DNA of 32,000 nucleotides. It comes from Phycisphaera mikurensis NBRC 102666. GTDB taxonomy: Bacteria > Planctomycetota > Phycisphaerae > Phycisphaerales > Phycisphaeraceae. The notes under the pieces are model-generated. The model was not told the DNA's origin. It saw nothing but the letters and a program-made list of their open reading frames with translations, and did no database searches. The stretch lies in assembly GCF_000284115.1 (NCBI RefSeq), contig NC_017080.1, positions 3,180,001 through 3,212,000 on the forward strand, written 5' to 3'. Shown here piece by piece: positions 16,972 through 26,329 of the stretch. Each line of letters starts with the position of its first letter. Position 1 is the stretch's first letter. Both the position numbers and the translations under genes were made by a program.

Positions 16972-19900
16972 ATGCGGCAGGACGCCCGACGGGCCCGACG
17001 ACGGAGGGGGAGGCGGGCCGCGGGGATCGCGGTCGCGGCGGGCCTCTCGTTCGCGGGAGCGGCGGCGCCGCCCGCCGGGGCCCAGGCTCCCGCCGGAGCC
17101 GGGGCGGCGTCCGCCGAACCGGCCACGCTGCGGCTCGAAGCGCCGCGGGCGGCCGTGTGGGAGACGCCCGGCGGCGTCCGGTACGTGCTGCTCCGCGGGC
17201 TTCCGGTGCGGGCGGATGCGGCGGCGGCGGGCGCCGGCGGAGGGGCCCGGCTGACGATCGGCCGCCGGGTGTTCGAGGCGCGGGAGGCGCTGGTGGAGCT
17301 CACGCCGGCACCGGGCGGGTACGCGCTGCGGGCGGCGCTCGCGGACGCGCGGGGGCGTTCCCGGGGCGGTGGCTCCGTCGGCTCGGCGAGGCCGCTGCGG
17401 GTCACCGCCCGCGTCGACGGGCCGGTGGATCTGGTCACGCCGGGCCTCCAACGCGGCCGACCGGACGCGGCGATCGGCCCGCTGCGGGCGGCGCTGCGCA
17501 TCGGCGGCGACGCGTCCCCCACCGCGTCGGAGCCGGAAGCGGCGGTCACGGCGGCCGAGCGGGAGCGGGAAGCCCGGCGCGCCGCGGAGGTCCGCGATGC
17601 GCAGTCGCGCCTGCTGACCCCGCCGGCGCCCGACGAGGCGGTGGCCGCGGCGCGGCTCGCCGCCGAAGCGCGGCGCGAGGCCCGGGCGGAGGCGGAGCGC
17701 CCCGCCGCGGACGCGGGCGTGCTGCCGGCCGCGGGCGTCGTGAGCGTCGACGCGCCGCGGATCACCGCGGAGCCGGCGGCCGGCGGCGGGACCACGCTCA
17801 CGATGCAGGGCGGGGTCAAGCTGCAGTACGAGGATCTTGCCGCCCCCGGCGGCCGCGTCGTGACGCTCCGCGCCGAGCGGGCGGTGGTCTTCCTCGACGG
17901 CGAGGACGCGCAAGCGCCCGCGGCGGGCCGGGCCTCCCTCGACGCCTCGGGCGTCTCCGGCGTTTACCTCGAGGACGCGGTGGAGGTGTCCGATGGCGAC
18001 CTGGCCGTCCGCGGCGCCCGCGTCTTCTACGACGTGACGGGCAACCGGGCGGTGCTGCTCGACGCGGTGCTGTACCGGGTGGATCCCGGCGAGGACGCGC
18101 CGCTCTACGTGCGGGCCGAGGTGCTCCGCCAGACCGCGCGGCAGAGCTTCGCCGCGGAGGAGGCGACGCTCACGACGACCTCCTTCGCGGAGCCGACCGT
18201 CGCGGTGGGCGCCGACCGGCTGGACGTCCGCGGCTACGAAACCCGCGGGGGCCGCCGCGGCCTCGCGGTGGACGCCCGCGGGCTGACGCTGGAGGCGGGC
18301 GGGGTGCCGGTGTTCTGGTTCCCGCGTGTGGCGGGCCGGGGCTCCACGATCCCGCTGCGGTCGGTCGCCGCGGGCTACAGCGAGAACCAGGGCGTCCGCT
18401 TCCGCACCGTGTGGGACGCCTACGGCCTGCTCGGGATCGACGCCCCGCCCGGGGTGGATGCCTCCTTCACCCTCGGGGTCAACGGCGAGCACGGCGGCGA
18501 GGTCGGCGGCGACCTCGCCTGGCAGGGCGCCGGCGCCTCGGGCTTCCTCCACGGGTACGCGCTGCCCGACGACAACGGGGAAGACAACCTCCCGCGCCGG
18601 CCCGACCCCGAGAACGACGGCGTGTTCCGCGGCCACGCGGGCGTGGGCCACCGCCAGGCGCTGCCCAACGCGACGACGCTCACGCTGGAGGCCCAGAGCT
18701 CCTCGGACCCGACGTACTACGAGGCCTTCTTCCGGAACCTCGCGTACAGCGCTCCCGCCGACGAGGCCGCGGCCTACCTGCAGCACCGCGACGGCGACAC
18801 CTCCGCCTCGCTGCTGGTGAGCGCGCGGATCGACCCCTTCCTCGGGCAGCTCGTGCCGCTGGAGACCTTCGGCTACACGGTGGACCGGCTCCCCGAGGCG
18901 CAGGTCCGCCAGGTCGGCCGCTCGCTCGCCGGGGGCGGCGAGGGGCGCGACGCCGCCCAGCTGCTCTGGTTCCAGGAGACCACCGCCGGGCTGCTGCGGG
19001 CCAACGCCGACCGTTCCGAGCCCGGGGAGCGCGGCTTCGTCGACGGCCTGGGCACGGCCGTCTTCGGCGTGCCGGCGGGCGTCGGCTTCGACGAGGCGCT
19101 CGACGCCCGCGGGGTGCCCGGGGACGCCGTCGCCCGCCTCGACAGCCGCCAAGAGCTCCAGGCACCGGTGCGGCTGGGCCCGGTGACCGCGGCGCCCTTC
19201 GCCGTCGGGCGGATCACCGCCTACGACCAGGACTTCGACGCGTTCAGCGGCGGCGGGAACGACCCGGTACGCGCCTGGGGGCAGGCGGGCGTGCGGCTCT
19301 CCGCGAACGCGGCCCGGACGCTGACCGACGCCGGCTCGGGCCTGCTCGACGTGGACGGGCTCCGCCACGTGGTGGAGCCGCACGCGACGCTGGCCTACGC
19401 GTGGACGAACCTCTCCGCCGAGCGGCTGCCGGTCTACGACCCGCTCGTGGAGGACCTCGCGGAGGGCGGTCAGGCGGCACTGGGCGTCCGCCAGACGCTG
19501 CAGACCCGGCGCGGGCCGCGGCAAAGCGACGCCGCTGGAGCCCCCGCCTGGGCGGGCGCCCGCACCGTCGACTGGGTGATCGTCGACACGACGCTCGTCC
19601 TCCAGGAGGAGGCGCGTCGTGGCACGCCGGGCCTGCGGCAGCTGCTGCTCGGGGACGACTCGCCCGCGGCCATCGGCCGATACGACGATCACCGCCCGGA
19701 GACCGCCCGCGGCGGCGACTTCCTCCAGGCCGATGCCCGCTGGCTCGTGACCGACTCCCTCGGGCTCGCCGGCGAGGTGATCCAGGACCTCGACGGCGGC
19801 GGCGTCCCGCTCTGGCGGGTCGGCGGCCAGCTGCAGCACACCCCGCGCTTCGCCCTGCGCGCCGGGTACACCCGCCTGCGGCCGCTGGATTCCGAGCTGC

Positions 19901-20109
19901 TCAGCTACGGCTTCCGCTACCGGCTCACGGCGAAGTACGCGGTGGAGGTGGAGCACACGATCGACCTGGGCGGCTCGGAGCGGCGGGTCATCGACGTCGA
20001 CCTGGAGCGTCGGCTCCCGCAGTTCAGCCTCCGCGTGAGCGCCCGCTTCGACGAGCTGCGGGACGACACCACGTTCGGGTTCGCCCTGGTCCCGCGGCGG
20101 GCCCGCTAA
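16972..20109 (+). CDS. LptD/OstA-like outer membrane protein
   Basis: OstA-like segment (GGTTLTMQGGVKLQYEDLAAPGGRVVTLRAERAVVFLDGEDAQ...YLEDAVEVSDGDLAVRGARVFYDVTGNRAVLLDAVLYR) followed by a long barrel-like region ending VDLERRLPQFSLRVSARFDELRDDTTFGFALVPRRAR. Signal-peptide-like N-terminus AAGIAVAAGLSFAGAAAPPAGAQA. Confidence 0.75.
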   Translation: MRQDARRARRRRGRRAAGIAVAAGLSFAGAAAPPAGAQAPAGAGAASAEPATLRLEAPRAAVWETPGGVRYVLLRGLPVRADAAAAGAGGGARLTIGRRVFEAREALVELTPAPGGYALRAALADARGRSRGGGSVGSARPLRVTARVDGPVDLVTPGLQRGRPDAAIGPLRAALRIGGDASPTASEPEAAVTAAEREREARRAAEVRDAQSRLLTPPAPDEAVAAARLAAEARREARAEAERPAADAGVLPAAGVVSVDAPRITAEPAAGGGTTLTMQGGVKLQYEDLAAPGGRVVTLRAERAVVFLDGEDAQAPAAGRASLDASGVSGVYLEDAVEVSDGDLAVRGARVFYDVTGNRAVLLDAVLYRVDPGEDAPLYVRAEVLRQTARQSFAAEEATLTTTSFAEPTVAVGADRLDVRGYETRGGRRGLAVDARGLTLEAGGVPVFWFPRVAGRGSTIPLRSVAAGYSENQGVRFRTVWDAYGLLGIDAPPGVDASFTLGVNGEHGGEVGGDLAWQGAGASGFLHGYALPDDNGEDNLPRRPDPENDGVFRGHAGVGHRQALPNATTLTLEAQSSSDPTYYEAFFRNLAYSAPADEAAAYLQHRDGDTSASLLVSARIDPFLGQLVPLETFGYTVDRLPEAQVRQVGRSLAGGGEGRDAAQLLWFQETTAGLLRANADRSEPGERGFVDGLGTAVFGVPAGVGFDEALDARGVPGDAVARLDSRQELQAPVRLGPVTAAPFAVGRITAYDQDFDAFSGGGNDPVRAWGQAGVRLSANAARTLTDAGSGLLDVDGLRHVVEPHATLAYAWTNLSAERLPVYDPLVEDLAEGGQAALGVRQTLQTRRGPRQSDAAGAPAWAGARTVDWVIVDTTLVLQEEARRGTPGLRQLLLGDDSPAAIGRYDDHRPETARGGDFLQADARWLVTDSLGLAGEVIQDLDGGGVPLWRVGGQLQHTPRFALRAGYTRLRPLDSELLSYGFRYRLTAKYAVEVEHTIDLGGSERRVIDVDLERRLPQFSLRVSARFDELRDDTTFGFALVPRRAR

Positions 20110-20314
20110 GGGGTCGATCCGGCCGGGATCGCGCAGCGCCCGCAGCACCGCAGCGGCAATCAGGCCCCCGCGCGAGCGACGCGTCGGCCGCTTGCTCCCC
20201 CGCCGCGGCGCGGCACCGACGCGGAGGCGGACGGCGCCGTGTTCAAGATCTGATAGGGTCCCGGTCCGAGGGTCCGGCGTTCGCCTGCGGATCTGCGTTC
20301 CCGCGAGCCGCGTC

Positions 20315-21835
20315 ATGCCCGTGTCCGTCCAGAGTTTCGTCCTGCACGGCATCGAGCCGGGGCCCTGCGAGATCGAGGTGGACACCACCGGCACCGACCA
20401 GTGGCCGCCGCCCAAGCCGGTGGTGGTGGGGCTGCCCGACGCGGCGGTCAAGGAGTCGGTGGAGCGCGTGGTCTCCGCGATCGGCAACAGCGGGTACACG
20501 CTCAATCCCGACAAGGTCCTCATCTCGCTGGCGCCCGCGGACGTGAAGAAGGTGGGCCCCCGCTACGACCTCCCGATGGCGATCGGCCTGCTGCACCGGC
20601 AGCAGGTGATCCGCACGGACCGCCACGGGGGCCTGCTGTTCGCGGGCGAGCTGGCGCTGGACGGGCGGATCCGCCCCATCTCCGGCGTCATCAACATGGC
20701 GCTGCTCGCCCGCCGCGCGGGCGCCGCCGGCGTCGTGGTTCCCCGAGAGAACGCCGCCGAGGCGTCCGCGGTGCAGGGCGTTGCCGTGTACGCGGCCGAC
20801 ACGCTGCGGGAGATCGTGGACTTCCTCAACGCCGACGCCGAGCTCGCCCCCGTCGCGTCCGCCGAGCTCGCTCCGCTGCTCCGCAACGCCACCGCCGCGG
20901 TGGACTTCGCCGACGTGCGGGGCCAGGAGGGCGCGAAGCGGGCGCTGCTGATCGCGGCCGCCGGGAGCCACAACGCCCTGATGCTCGGCCCGCAGGGAAC
21001 CGGCAAGACGCTCATGGCCAAGGCGCTGCCGGGCCTGCTGCCGCCGCTCTGCCCCGACGAGGCCCTGGAGGTGACACGGATCTACTCCTCCATCGGCCAG
21101 GTGCCGCGGGACGCCCCGCTCATCGAGTCCCGTCCCGTCCGGACGCCGCACCACACCGCCAGCCCCGCCGCGGTCATCGGCGGCGGCAGCACCCCGCGGC
21201 CCGGCGAGGTCTCGCTGGCGCACCACGGGGTGCTGTTCCTCGACGAGCTCCCCGAGTTCCCGCGGGCCGTGCTCGAGACGCTGCGCCAGCCGCTCGAAGA
21301 CGCCGTCGTGACGATCGCCCGCGCCGCCGGCTCGGTCAGCTTCCCGGCCCGCTTCATGCTGCTCGCCGCGCTGAACCCCACGCCCAAGGGCAGCCAGAGC
21401 GGCGACGCCGCGGGGAAGAAGGCCCAGGAGAAGTACCTCGCGAAGCTCTCCGGGCCCCTCGTCGACCGCATCGACATCCACGTGGAGGTTCCCCCGGTCC
21501 CGCACGCCGTGCTGATGGGCCGCACAGCGGGCACCACGACGGCCCAGATGCGGGAGCGGGTCGTCGCGGCCCGCACCCTCCAGAGCGCCCGCAACGGCGG
21601 GCCGCTGCACCCCAACGCGTCGCTCTCGCACCGCCGCCTGGACGAGCTGGCGACGCCCGACGCCGCGGGCAGGCAGCTGCTGGCGCAGGCGATGGCGGAG
21701 CTTGGCCTCTCGGCGCGGGCCTACGACAAGGTGCGCCGCGTGGCCCGGACGATCGCCGACCTCGAGGCCGCCGAGGTCGTCGGCCTGCCCCACATCGCCG
21801 AAGCCGTGCAGTACCGCGTGCTGGACCGGGTCTAG
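20315..21835 (+). CDS. YifB/ComM family Mg-chelatase-like AAA+ ATPase
   Basis: EIEVDTTG...PVVVGLPDAAVKESVERVVSAIGNSGY...VLISLAPADVKKVGPRYDLPMAIGLL...FADVRGQEGAKRALLIAAAGSHNALMLGPQGTGKTLMAKALPGLLPPL...HHGVLFLDELPEF...LETLRQPLEDAVVTIARAAGSVSFPARFMLLAALNP. Confidence 0.95.
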   Translation: MPVSVQSFVLHGIEPGPCEIEVDTTGTDQWPPPKPVVVGLPDAAVKESVERVVSAIGNSGYTLNPDKVLISLAPADVKKVGPRYDLPMAIGLLHRQQVIRTDRHGGLLFAGELALDGRIRPISGVINMALLARRAGAAGVVVPRENAAEASAVQGVAVYAADTLREIVDFLNADAELAPVASAELAPLLRNATAAVDFADVRGQEGAKRALLIAAAGSHNALMLGPQGTGKTLMAKALPGLLPPLCPDEALEVTRIYSSIGQVPRDAPLIESRPVRTPHHTASPAAVIGGGSTPRPGEVSLAHHGVLFLDELPEFPRAVLETLRQPLEDAVVTIARAAGSVSFPARFMLLAALNPTPKGSQSGDAAGKKAQEKYLAKLSGPLVDRIDIHVEVPPVPHAVLMGRTAGTTTAQMRERVVAARTLQSARNGGPLHPNASLSHRRLDELATPDAAGRQLLAQAMAELGLSARAYDKVRRVARTIADLEAAEVVGLPHIAEAVQYRVLDRV

Positions 21836-21915
21836 CGCCTCGCGGGGAAGCGGCGCGGCCGCGGCGTCCGCGGTACGCTGGCGGCGCCTTCTCCCCCGCA
21901 AAGGATTCCCACGCC

Positions 21916-23010
21916 ATGGCCAAGATGTTCTACACCCTCGAAGAGGCCTCCGAACGCCTCGGGCTCGATGAAGAAGCGATCAAGGCCCTGGCGCAGGAGG
22001 GACAGCTCCAGCAGTTCCGCGACCGCGACAAGCTGATGTTCAAGCGGGAGCAGATCGACGACATGGCGGACAGCTCCGGCTCCAGCCAGGCGATCCCGCT
22101 CTCGGGCCTGCAGCTCGACGACGACGGCGCCGACCAGACCCGCCTGGACAGCACCGGCCTCGGCGCCACCGGCATGGGCAACTCCGGCCTCGAGGGCACC
22201 GGCATCACCCTGCTCGACGACTCCGACGACAGCGTGATCCGCGCCGCCGACGACACCAACGCGGCCACGTCCCTCGGCGCCGACCTGGATGCCTTCGACA
22301 GCGGCTCGTCCGCGGGCCGCTCCGCGATGGAGGGCACCGGCGTGTCGGTGTTCGACGCGGGCGAGGTCGACGACGCCGATCCCATGGCGCAGACCGCGAT
22401 GACGGCCGGCATCGACGACGAGGAGCTGGCGCTGGAGAGCGTCGGCTCGGGCTCGGGCCTGCTGGACCTCACGCGGGAGTCCGACGACACGTCGCTCGGT
22501 GCCGAGCTGCTCGATGAGATCTACCCCGGGGGCAGCGCCACCGGCGAGAGCGCCTTCGCGATGGAGTCTTCCGTCGGCTCCTCCGGGGTCTTCGACGGCG
22601 CGATGGGGATGGACACCGGCGCCGGCGCCTCCGGCCCGTCCGGGCTGGAGCACCTCGGGGCTTCGGGCACCGGGTCGGTCGCCTCCTCGGCCGTCTTCAC
22701 GAGCCCCTCCGCGGACGACTCCGTGGCCGGCGTGCACAGCACCCCGATGATGGCCTCGGGGGCCGACGAGGGGTACGACCCGGTGGGCTCGGGCATGTCC
22801 GCCGGCCTGCTCTTCGCCGCCCTGCTCGCGCTGGGCATCGGCCTGGCCGTGAGCGCGTCGGCGGCCATGGGCTACCGCAGCACGCTCCTGGACGTCTTTA
22901 TCGGCGACGGCGGTGCGACCGGCCGCTTCCTGCTCTTCGGCGGGTTGCTGATCCTCGCGGTCGTCCTCGGCGTCGTCGGCACGGTGGTCGGCAAAGCCGC
23001 GGCCCGCTGA
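21916..23010 (+). CDS. Hypothetical protein: excisionase/MerR-like HTH N-terminus, long acidic low-complexity region, two C-terminal TM helices
   Basis: MAKMFYTLEEASERLGLDEEAIKALAQEGQLQQFRDRDKLMFKREQIDDMA resembles a DNA-binding excisionase/MerR-type fold; D/S/G-rich middle; C-terminal MSAGLLFAALLALGIGLAVSASAAMGY and GRFLLFGGLLILAVVLGVVGTVVG. Confidence 0.75.
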   Translation: MAKMFYTLEEASERLGLDEEAIKALAQEGQLQQFRDRDKLMFKREQIDDMADSSGSSQAIPLSGLQLDDDGADQTRLDSTGLGATGMGNSGLEGTGITLLDDSDDSVIRAADDTNAATSLGADLDAFDSGSSAGRSAMEGTGVSVFDAGEVDDADPMAQTAMTAGIDDEELALESVGSGSGLLDLTRESDDTSLGAELLDEIYPGGSATGESAFAMESSVGSSGVFDGAMGMDTGAGASGPSGLEHLGASGTGSVASSAVFTSPSADDSVAGVHSTPMMASGADEGYDPVGSGMSAGLLFAALLALGIGLAVSASAAMGYRSTLLDVFIGDGGATGRFLLFGGLLILAVVLGVVGTVVGKAAAR

Positions 23011-23016
23011 TCGGTT

Positions 23017-23033
23017 CGCCGGGCGACCCGGCG
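23017..23033 (+). terminator. Candidate hairpin terminator between convergent genes
   Basis: CGCCGGG-CGA-CCCGGCG, perfect 7-bp stem with 3-nt loop, 6 nt after the TGA of the upstream gene; no U tract. Confidence 0.4.
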
Positions 23034-23076
23034 GCCGTCGGGCGCAACCTCCCGGAGCCAAGAGCACCGCGCCCCG

Positions 23077-23262
23077 CTACTCCTCCAGGTCGGCCTGATC
23101 CAGCGGCCGCGAGATCGTGTACCGGCCGTCCAGCCAGCGGCCCATGTCGATCGTGCGGCAGCGTTGGGAGCAGAACGGGCCGACGGATTCGCGGGGCAGC
23201 GCAGCCCGGCACACGGGGCACGGCGGTTCGGCGTCGGCGGCGTCGTCGTGGGGCTCGGTCAT
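23077..23262 (-). CDS. yacG: YacG-like zinc-binding protein (DNA gyrase inhibitor family)
   Basis: MTEPHDDAADAEPPCPVCRAALPRESVGPFCSQRCRTIDMGRWLDGRYTISRPL with CPVC...CSQRC and DMGRWLDGRY. Confidence 0.85.
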   Translation of the reverse strand: MTEPHDDAADAEPPCPVCRAALPRESVGPFCSQRCRTIDMGRWLDGRYTISRPLDQADLEE

Positions 23263-23273
23263 CTCCCGCGACG

Positions 23274-23762
23274 TTACGCGTCCGCACGCGCGCCGCTTTG
23301 CAGGCTCCGCAGCCGGTCCGCGACGCCGCCGACGCCGCGAATCGAGAGGTTCCGGCCGCCGCCGGGAGCGTGCTCGAGGCGCAGGTCCACGCGGTCCGCG
23401 GGGAGGGCGCCCAGCACCCGGGAGGCCCACTCGACGGCGACAACCGACACCGCGAGCAGCTCGCCGCCCCAGCCGAGCTCCTCCAGCTCGCCGGGGCCGC
23501 TCATGCGGTAGGCGTCGACGTGGACCAGCCACGGGCCGGCGTCCGCGCCCCCGGCGGGCTCGTGCTCGGTCATCCGCACGAAGGTCGGGCTCGACACGCC
23601 GGCGGGGTCGATGCCCAGGCCCCGGGCGATCCCGCGGACGAGCGTCGTCTTGCCGGCCCCCAGCTCGCCCTCGAGCGCCAGCACGTCGCCGGCCGCCAGG
23701 CACCGCCCCAGGCGCTCGCCCGCGTCCGCGGTGGCGGCCGCGTCTGGAAGCCGCAGCTCCAT
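23274..23762 (-). CDS. tsaE: tRNA threonylcarbamoyladenosine biosynthesis protein TsaE
   Basis: ALEGELGAGKTTLVRGIARGLGIDPAGVSSPTFVRMTEHE...WLVHVDAYRMSGPGELEELG...AVEWASRV. Confidence 0.9.
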   Translation of the reverse strand: MELRLPDAAATADAGERLGRCLAAGDVLALEGELGAGKTTLVRGIARGLGIDPAGVSSPTFVRMTEHEPAGGADAGPWLVHVDAYRMSGPGELEELGWGGELLAVSVVAVEWASRVLGALPADRVDLRLEHAPGGGRNLSIRGVGGVADRLRSLQSGARADA

Positions 23763-23776
23763 GGTGAGGACCGGGC

Positions 23777-24664
23777 TCAACCCCGGTGCTCCCAGCCGCG
23801 GACCGAAGGCGTCAGGGGGGAGCCGCCGGGTCCGAGCCAGCGGAGGCCGCCGCCGGGCATCGCGGTGCCGATCCGCGTGACCCGCACGCCCGCGACCCGC
23901 GGCGGAAGCGTCGCGGCCGCCGGCAGCGTGAACAGCAGCTCGTGGTCCTCGCCGTCGCCGATCGCCCGCTCCCACGCCGGCGCCGGCAGCCCGGGCCGCA
24001 CCGGCAGCCGGGTGAGGTCGACCTCGGCGTGCGGAGCGATCCGCGGCAGGTCGGCGGCGAGGCCGTCGGAGAGGTCGATCATGGCCGTGGGCCGGGTGGC
24101 CGCGTCGGCGGCGAGCGTGCGGGCCAGCGCCAGCCGCGGCTCGAAGCGCAGGTGGTGCCCGGCCGCGCTCCCGCCGAGCACCCCCGAGACCCACAGCCCT
24201 TCGCCGGGCGCGGCCGGCCCCCGCGTCACCGGTTCCACGCCCGCCGGCTCCGCCAGGACCGTGACCGACAGCACGAGCGGGCCGTCCGTCACCGAGACGT
24301 CGCCGCCGATCACCGGGCAGCCGTACGCCGCCCCGGTCTCCCGCGCCGCCGCGAGCAGGCGCTCGGCCACCGCTTGATCCATGCCCCGCGGCAGCGCCGC
24401 CGCGAGCACCGCCGCCACCGGCACCGCCGCCATCGCCGCGACGTCCGAGAGGTTCCGCGTCACCGCCTTCCGCCCCGCCGCTTCCGGCCCGGCCTCGGAG
24501 AGCACGAAGTGCCGCCCGTCCACCACCTGATCGACGGCGATCAGCACCGACCCGCCGCCGATCTCCACCGCGGCCATGTCGTCCCCCGGCGGGATCGTGA
24601 CCCGCCGGGGCAAGCCGCCGTTGAAGCCGGCCACGAAGGCGAGGAGGGCGTTCTCGGACGGCAT
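23777..24664 (-). CDS. thiL: Thiamine-monophosphate kinase
   Basis: PPGDDMAAVEIGGGSVLIAVDQVVDGRHF...AGRKAVTRNLSDVAAMAAVPVAAVLAAALPRG...GGDVSVTDGPLVLSVTVLA...MIDLSDGLAADLPRIA. Confidence 0.9.
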   Translation of the reverse strand: MPSENALLAFVAGFNGGLPRRVTIPPGDDMAAVEIGGGSVLIAVDQVVDGRHFVLSEAGPEAAGRKAVTRNLSDVAAMAAVPVAAVLAAALPRGMDQAVAERLLAAARETGAAYGCPVIGGDVSVTDGPLVLSVTVLAEPAGVEPVTRGPAAPGEGLWVSGVLGGSAAGHHLRFEPRLALARTLAADAATRPTAMIDLSDGLAADLPRIAPHAEVDLTRLPVRPGLPAPAWERAIGDGEDHELLFTLPAAATLPPRVAGVRVTRIGTAMPGGGLRWLGPGGSPLTPSVRGWEHRG

Positions 24665-24710
24665 CGGGGGCGATGCTAAACCCGGACCGGCCGGGGGAGG
24701 CGGGAGGGGG

Positions 24711-24892
24711 AGCGACGCAGCGGGCGGTTTTCGTGCGGAGGGGCTGCATCGTCCGCGACGGGGGTGGGGGGCGGGTCGGACCGGGGTTGGGTGAGAGACG
24801 GAGCGATGCAGCGGGCGGTTTCTGTGCGGAGGGGCTGCATGGTCCGCGAAGGGCATGGGGGGCGGGTCGGGCCGGGATTGGGTGAGAGACGA
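24711..24892 (+). repeat. Imperfect 91-bp tandem duplication
   Basis: AGCGACGCAGCGGGCGGTTTTCGTGCGGAGGGGCTGCATCGTCCGCGACGGGGGTGGGGGGCGGGTCGGACCGGGGTTGGGTGAGAGACGG (24711) repeats from 24802 as AGCGATGCAGCGGGCGGTTTCTGTGCGGAGGGGCTGCATGGTCCGCGAAGGGCATGGGGGGCGGGTCGGGCCGGGATTGGGTGAGAGACG. Confidence 0.9.
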
Positions 24893-24938
24893 AGTCAGCA
24901 AGAGAGACTGCCCAGCGGAGCGACGGCAAGTCGTGTCT

Positions 24939-24983
24939 GTCCTCGTCTCTTCGTGTCTTCGTCTCTTCGTCTCTCCGTCTCCC
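24939..24983 (+). repeat. Pyrimidine-biased short degenerate repeat (CGTCTCTT units)
   Basis: gtcctcgtctcttcgtgtcttcgtctcttcgtctctccgtctccc, immediately upstream of the ATG at 24997. Confidence 0.7.
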
Positions 24984-24996
24984 TTTACCCTCCGGC

Positions 24997-25803
24997 ATGA
25001 GCCAGCCCGCTCCCCCCGGCGACGGCCGCCCCGTCCGCGGCGCCGTCCCTCCGCCCGACGAGGTCGTCTTCCACAGCTACCCGAAGCTGATCTACGCCTG
25101 GCCGCTGATCGCCGCGGGCATCGGCTTCTGGTTCCTGCCGGCGGCCTGGGAAGCCACGCTCGGCTGGGTGTACCTCTTCCTCGTGTTGGTGACGATCACC
25201 ACGCTGGCCATCGACCTCGAGCGCAACTACGCCTTCGTCTGGTCGGTGCTCTTCGCCCTGTTCTTCTTCGCCGGCAAGTGGGTCTACGCGGCCTACGACG
25301 TGCCGGTCTTCGAGGCCGTCTTCGGCTTCTTCTTCGACCTGAACACCCGCTACGACCGCGGCTTCGGCATGGCGCTGGCGATCCTGCTCGCCTTCCCCTA
25401 CGCGGTGATGCTGGTTTGGGTCCGCTTGAACAGCCGCTGGCGGATCACCCACAACGAGTTCGAGCACTACGCCTGGGGCCGGGCCGACGACTCGCTCGCC
25501 CGCGGGGCGAAGCGGGTCCGCAGCACCTACCCCGACCTGCTGGAGCTGCTGCTCTGCGGCGCCGGCACGCTGCTCGTCTACTCCGCCAACGGCAGCCGCG
25601 AGCTGCGGCGGATCCCCAACGTGCCGCTGCTCTTCCGCGTGCGCCGCAAGCTGAACCTGCTGCTGGAGAGCCAGCAGGTGGTGGGCCCGGGGCGGCGGGA
25701 GGCGACGCTCGCCGAGATGGCCGAGGAGGAGGAACAAGATGCGCGCGACGAACGCGTTCCGGCGGATCAGCCGCCGGTGCGACCCGCGGACGAGCCGCTG
25801 TAG
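24997..25803 (+). CDS. Polytopic membrane protein of unknown function
   Basis: VVFHSYPKLIYAWPLIAAGIGFWFLPAAWEATLGWVYLFLVLVTITTLAIDLERNYAFVWSVLFALFFFAGKWVYAAYDVPVFEAVFGFFFDLNTRYDRGFGMALAILLAFPYAVMLVWVRLNSRWRITHNEFEHYAWGRADDSLARGAKRV; coherent TM segments plus a cytosolic tail. Confidence 0.8.
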   Translation: MSQPAPPGDGRPVRGAVPPPDEVVFHSYPKLIYAWPLIAAGIGFWFLPAAWEATLGWVYLFLVLVTITTLAIDLERNYAFVWSVLFALFFFAGKWVYAAYDVPVFEAVFGFFFDLNTRYDRGFGMALAILLAFPYAVMLVWVRLNSRWRITHNEFEHYAWGRADDSLARGAKRVRSTYPDLLELLLCGAGTLLVYSANGSRELRRIPNVPLLFRVRRKLNLLLESQQVVGPGRREATLAEMAEEEEQDARDERVPADQPPVRPADEPL

Positions 25804-26329
25804 CGTCGCCGGCCCCGGGCCCGGCCGCTTCCTCCGCGGACCGTCACGCCGATCCAGCCGCGGCGCTCGCGATCCGCGGGCCGACGCCCGCGGACCGCTG
25901 AAGCCGACGCCTTCCCACACGCTTCTACGCGTTCTCTACAATGGTCAAGCGGCCCCCCCGGGGTCGCCGATGGGGGAGCGGATCGAAGACGCTTTGAGAG
26001 CGGAGGGAGCGACGGGCGGAGACGACAGCCGGCTCGGTGCCGGGTAGAGTCCGAACGACCGGGACCGGCGGGAGACCACGCCGGCGCATCCAGCCGGCGG
26101 GAGGCTCCCCAGAGGCGACGCGGCGTCGTCGTGTTCCGGCTCCCCGAGAGCAGAGAAACCACCAACCTCCAGACCCCGCCGCCCCCTCGCGGCGATCGGC
26201 CGGCTCGGACCACCCCGCGGGGGTGGGGAGACCGGCGGCGTGGCCCCCGACGAGCGGCCCGCCCGAGAACCCGGAAGCCGTGCCACCGCCGAGGCGACGC
26301 ACGCCTCCTTCCTTCCTTTGGCATCCAAG

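Noticed and set aside
20115-20131. CGATCC-GGCCG-GGATCG hairpin after the lptD-like gene as terminator
   Set aside because: The stem is only 6 bp with no U tract, which is expected by chance in this GC-rich DNA. Not strong enough to list as a feature.
24673-25000. Small ORFs (70 and 78 aa) in the 91-bp duplication
   Set aside because: They read through duplicated non-coding sequence and lack coding signature.
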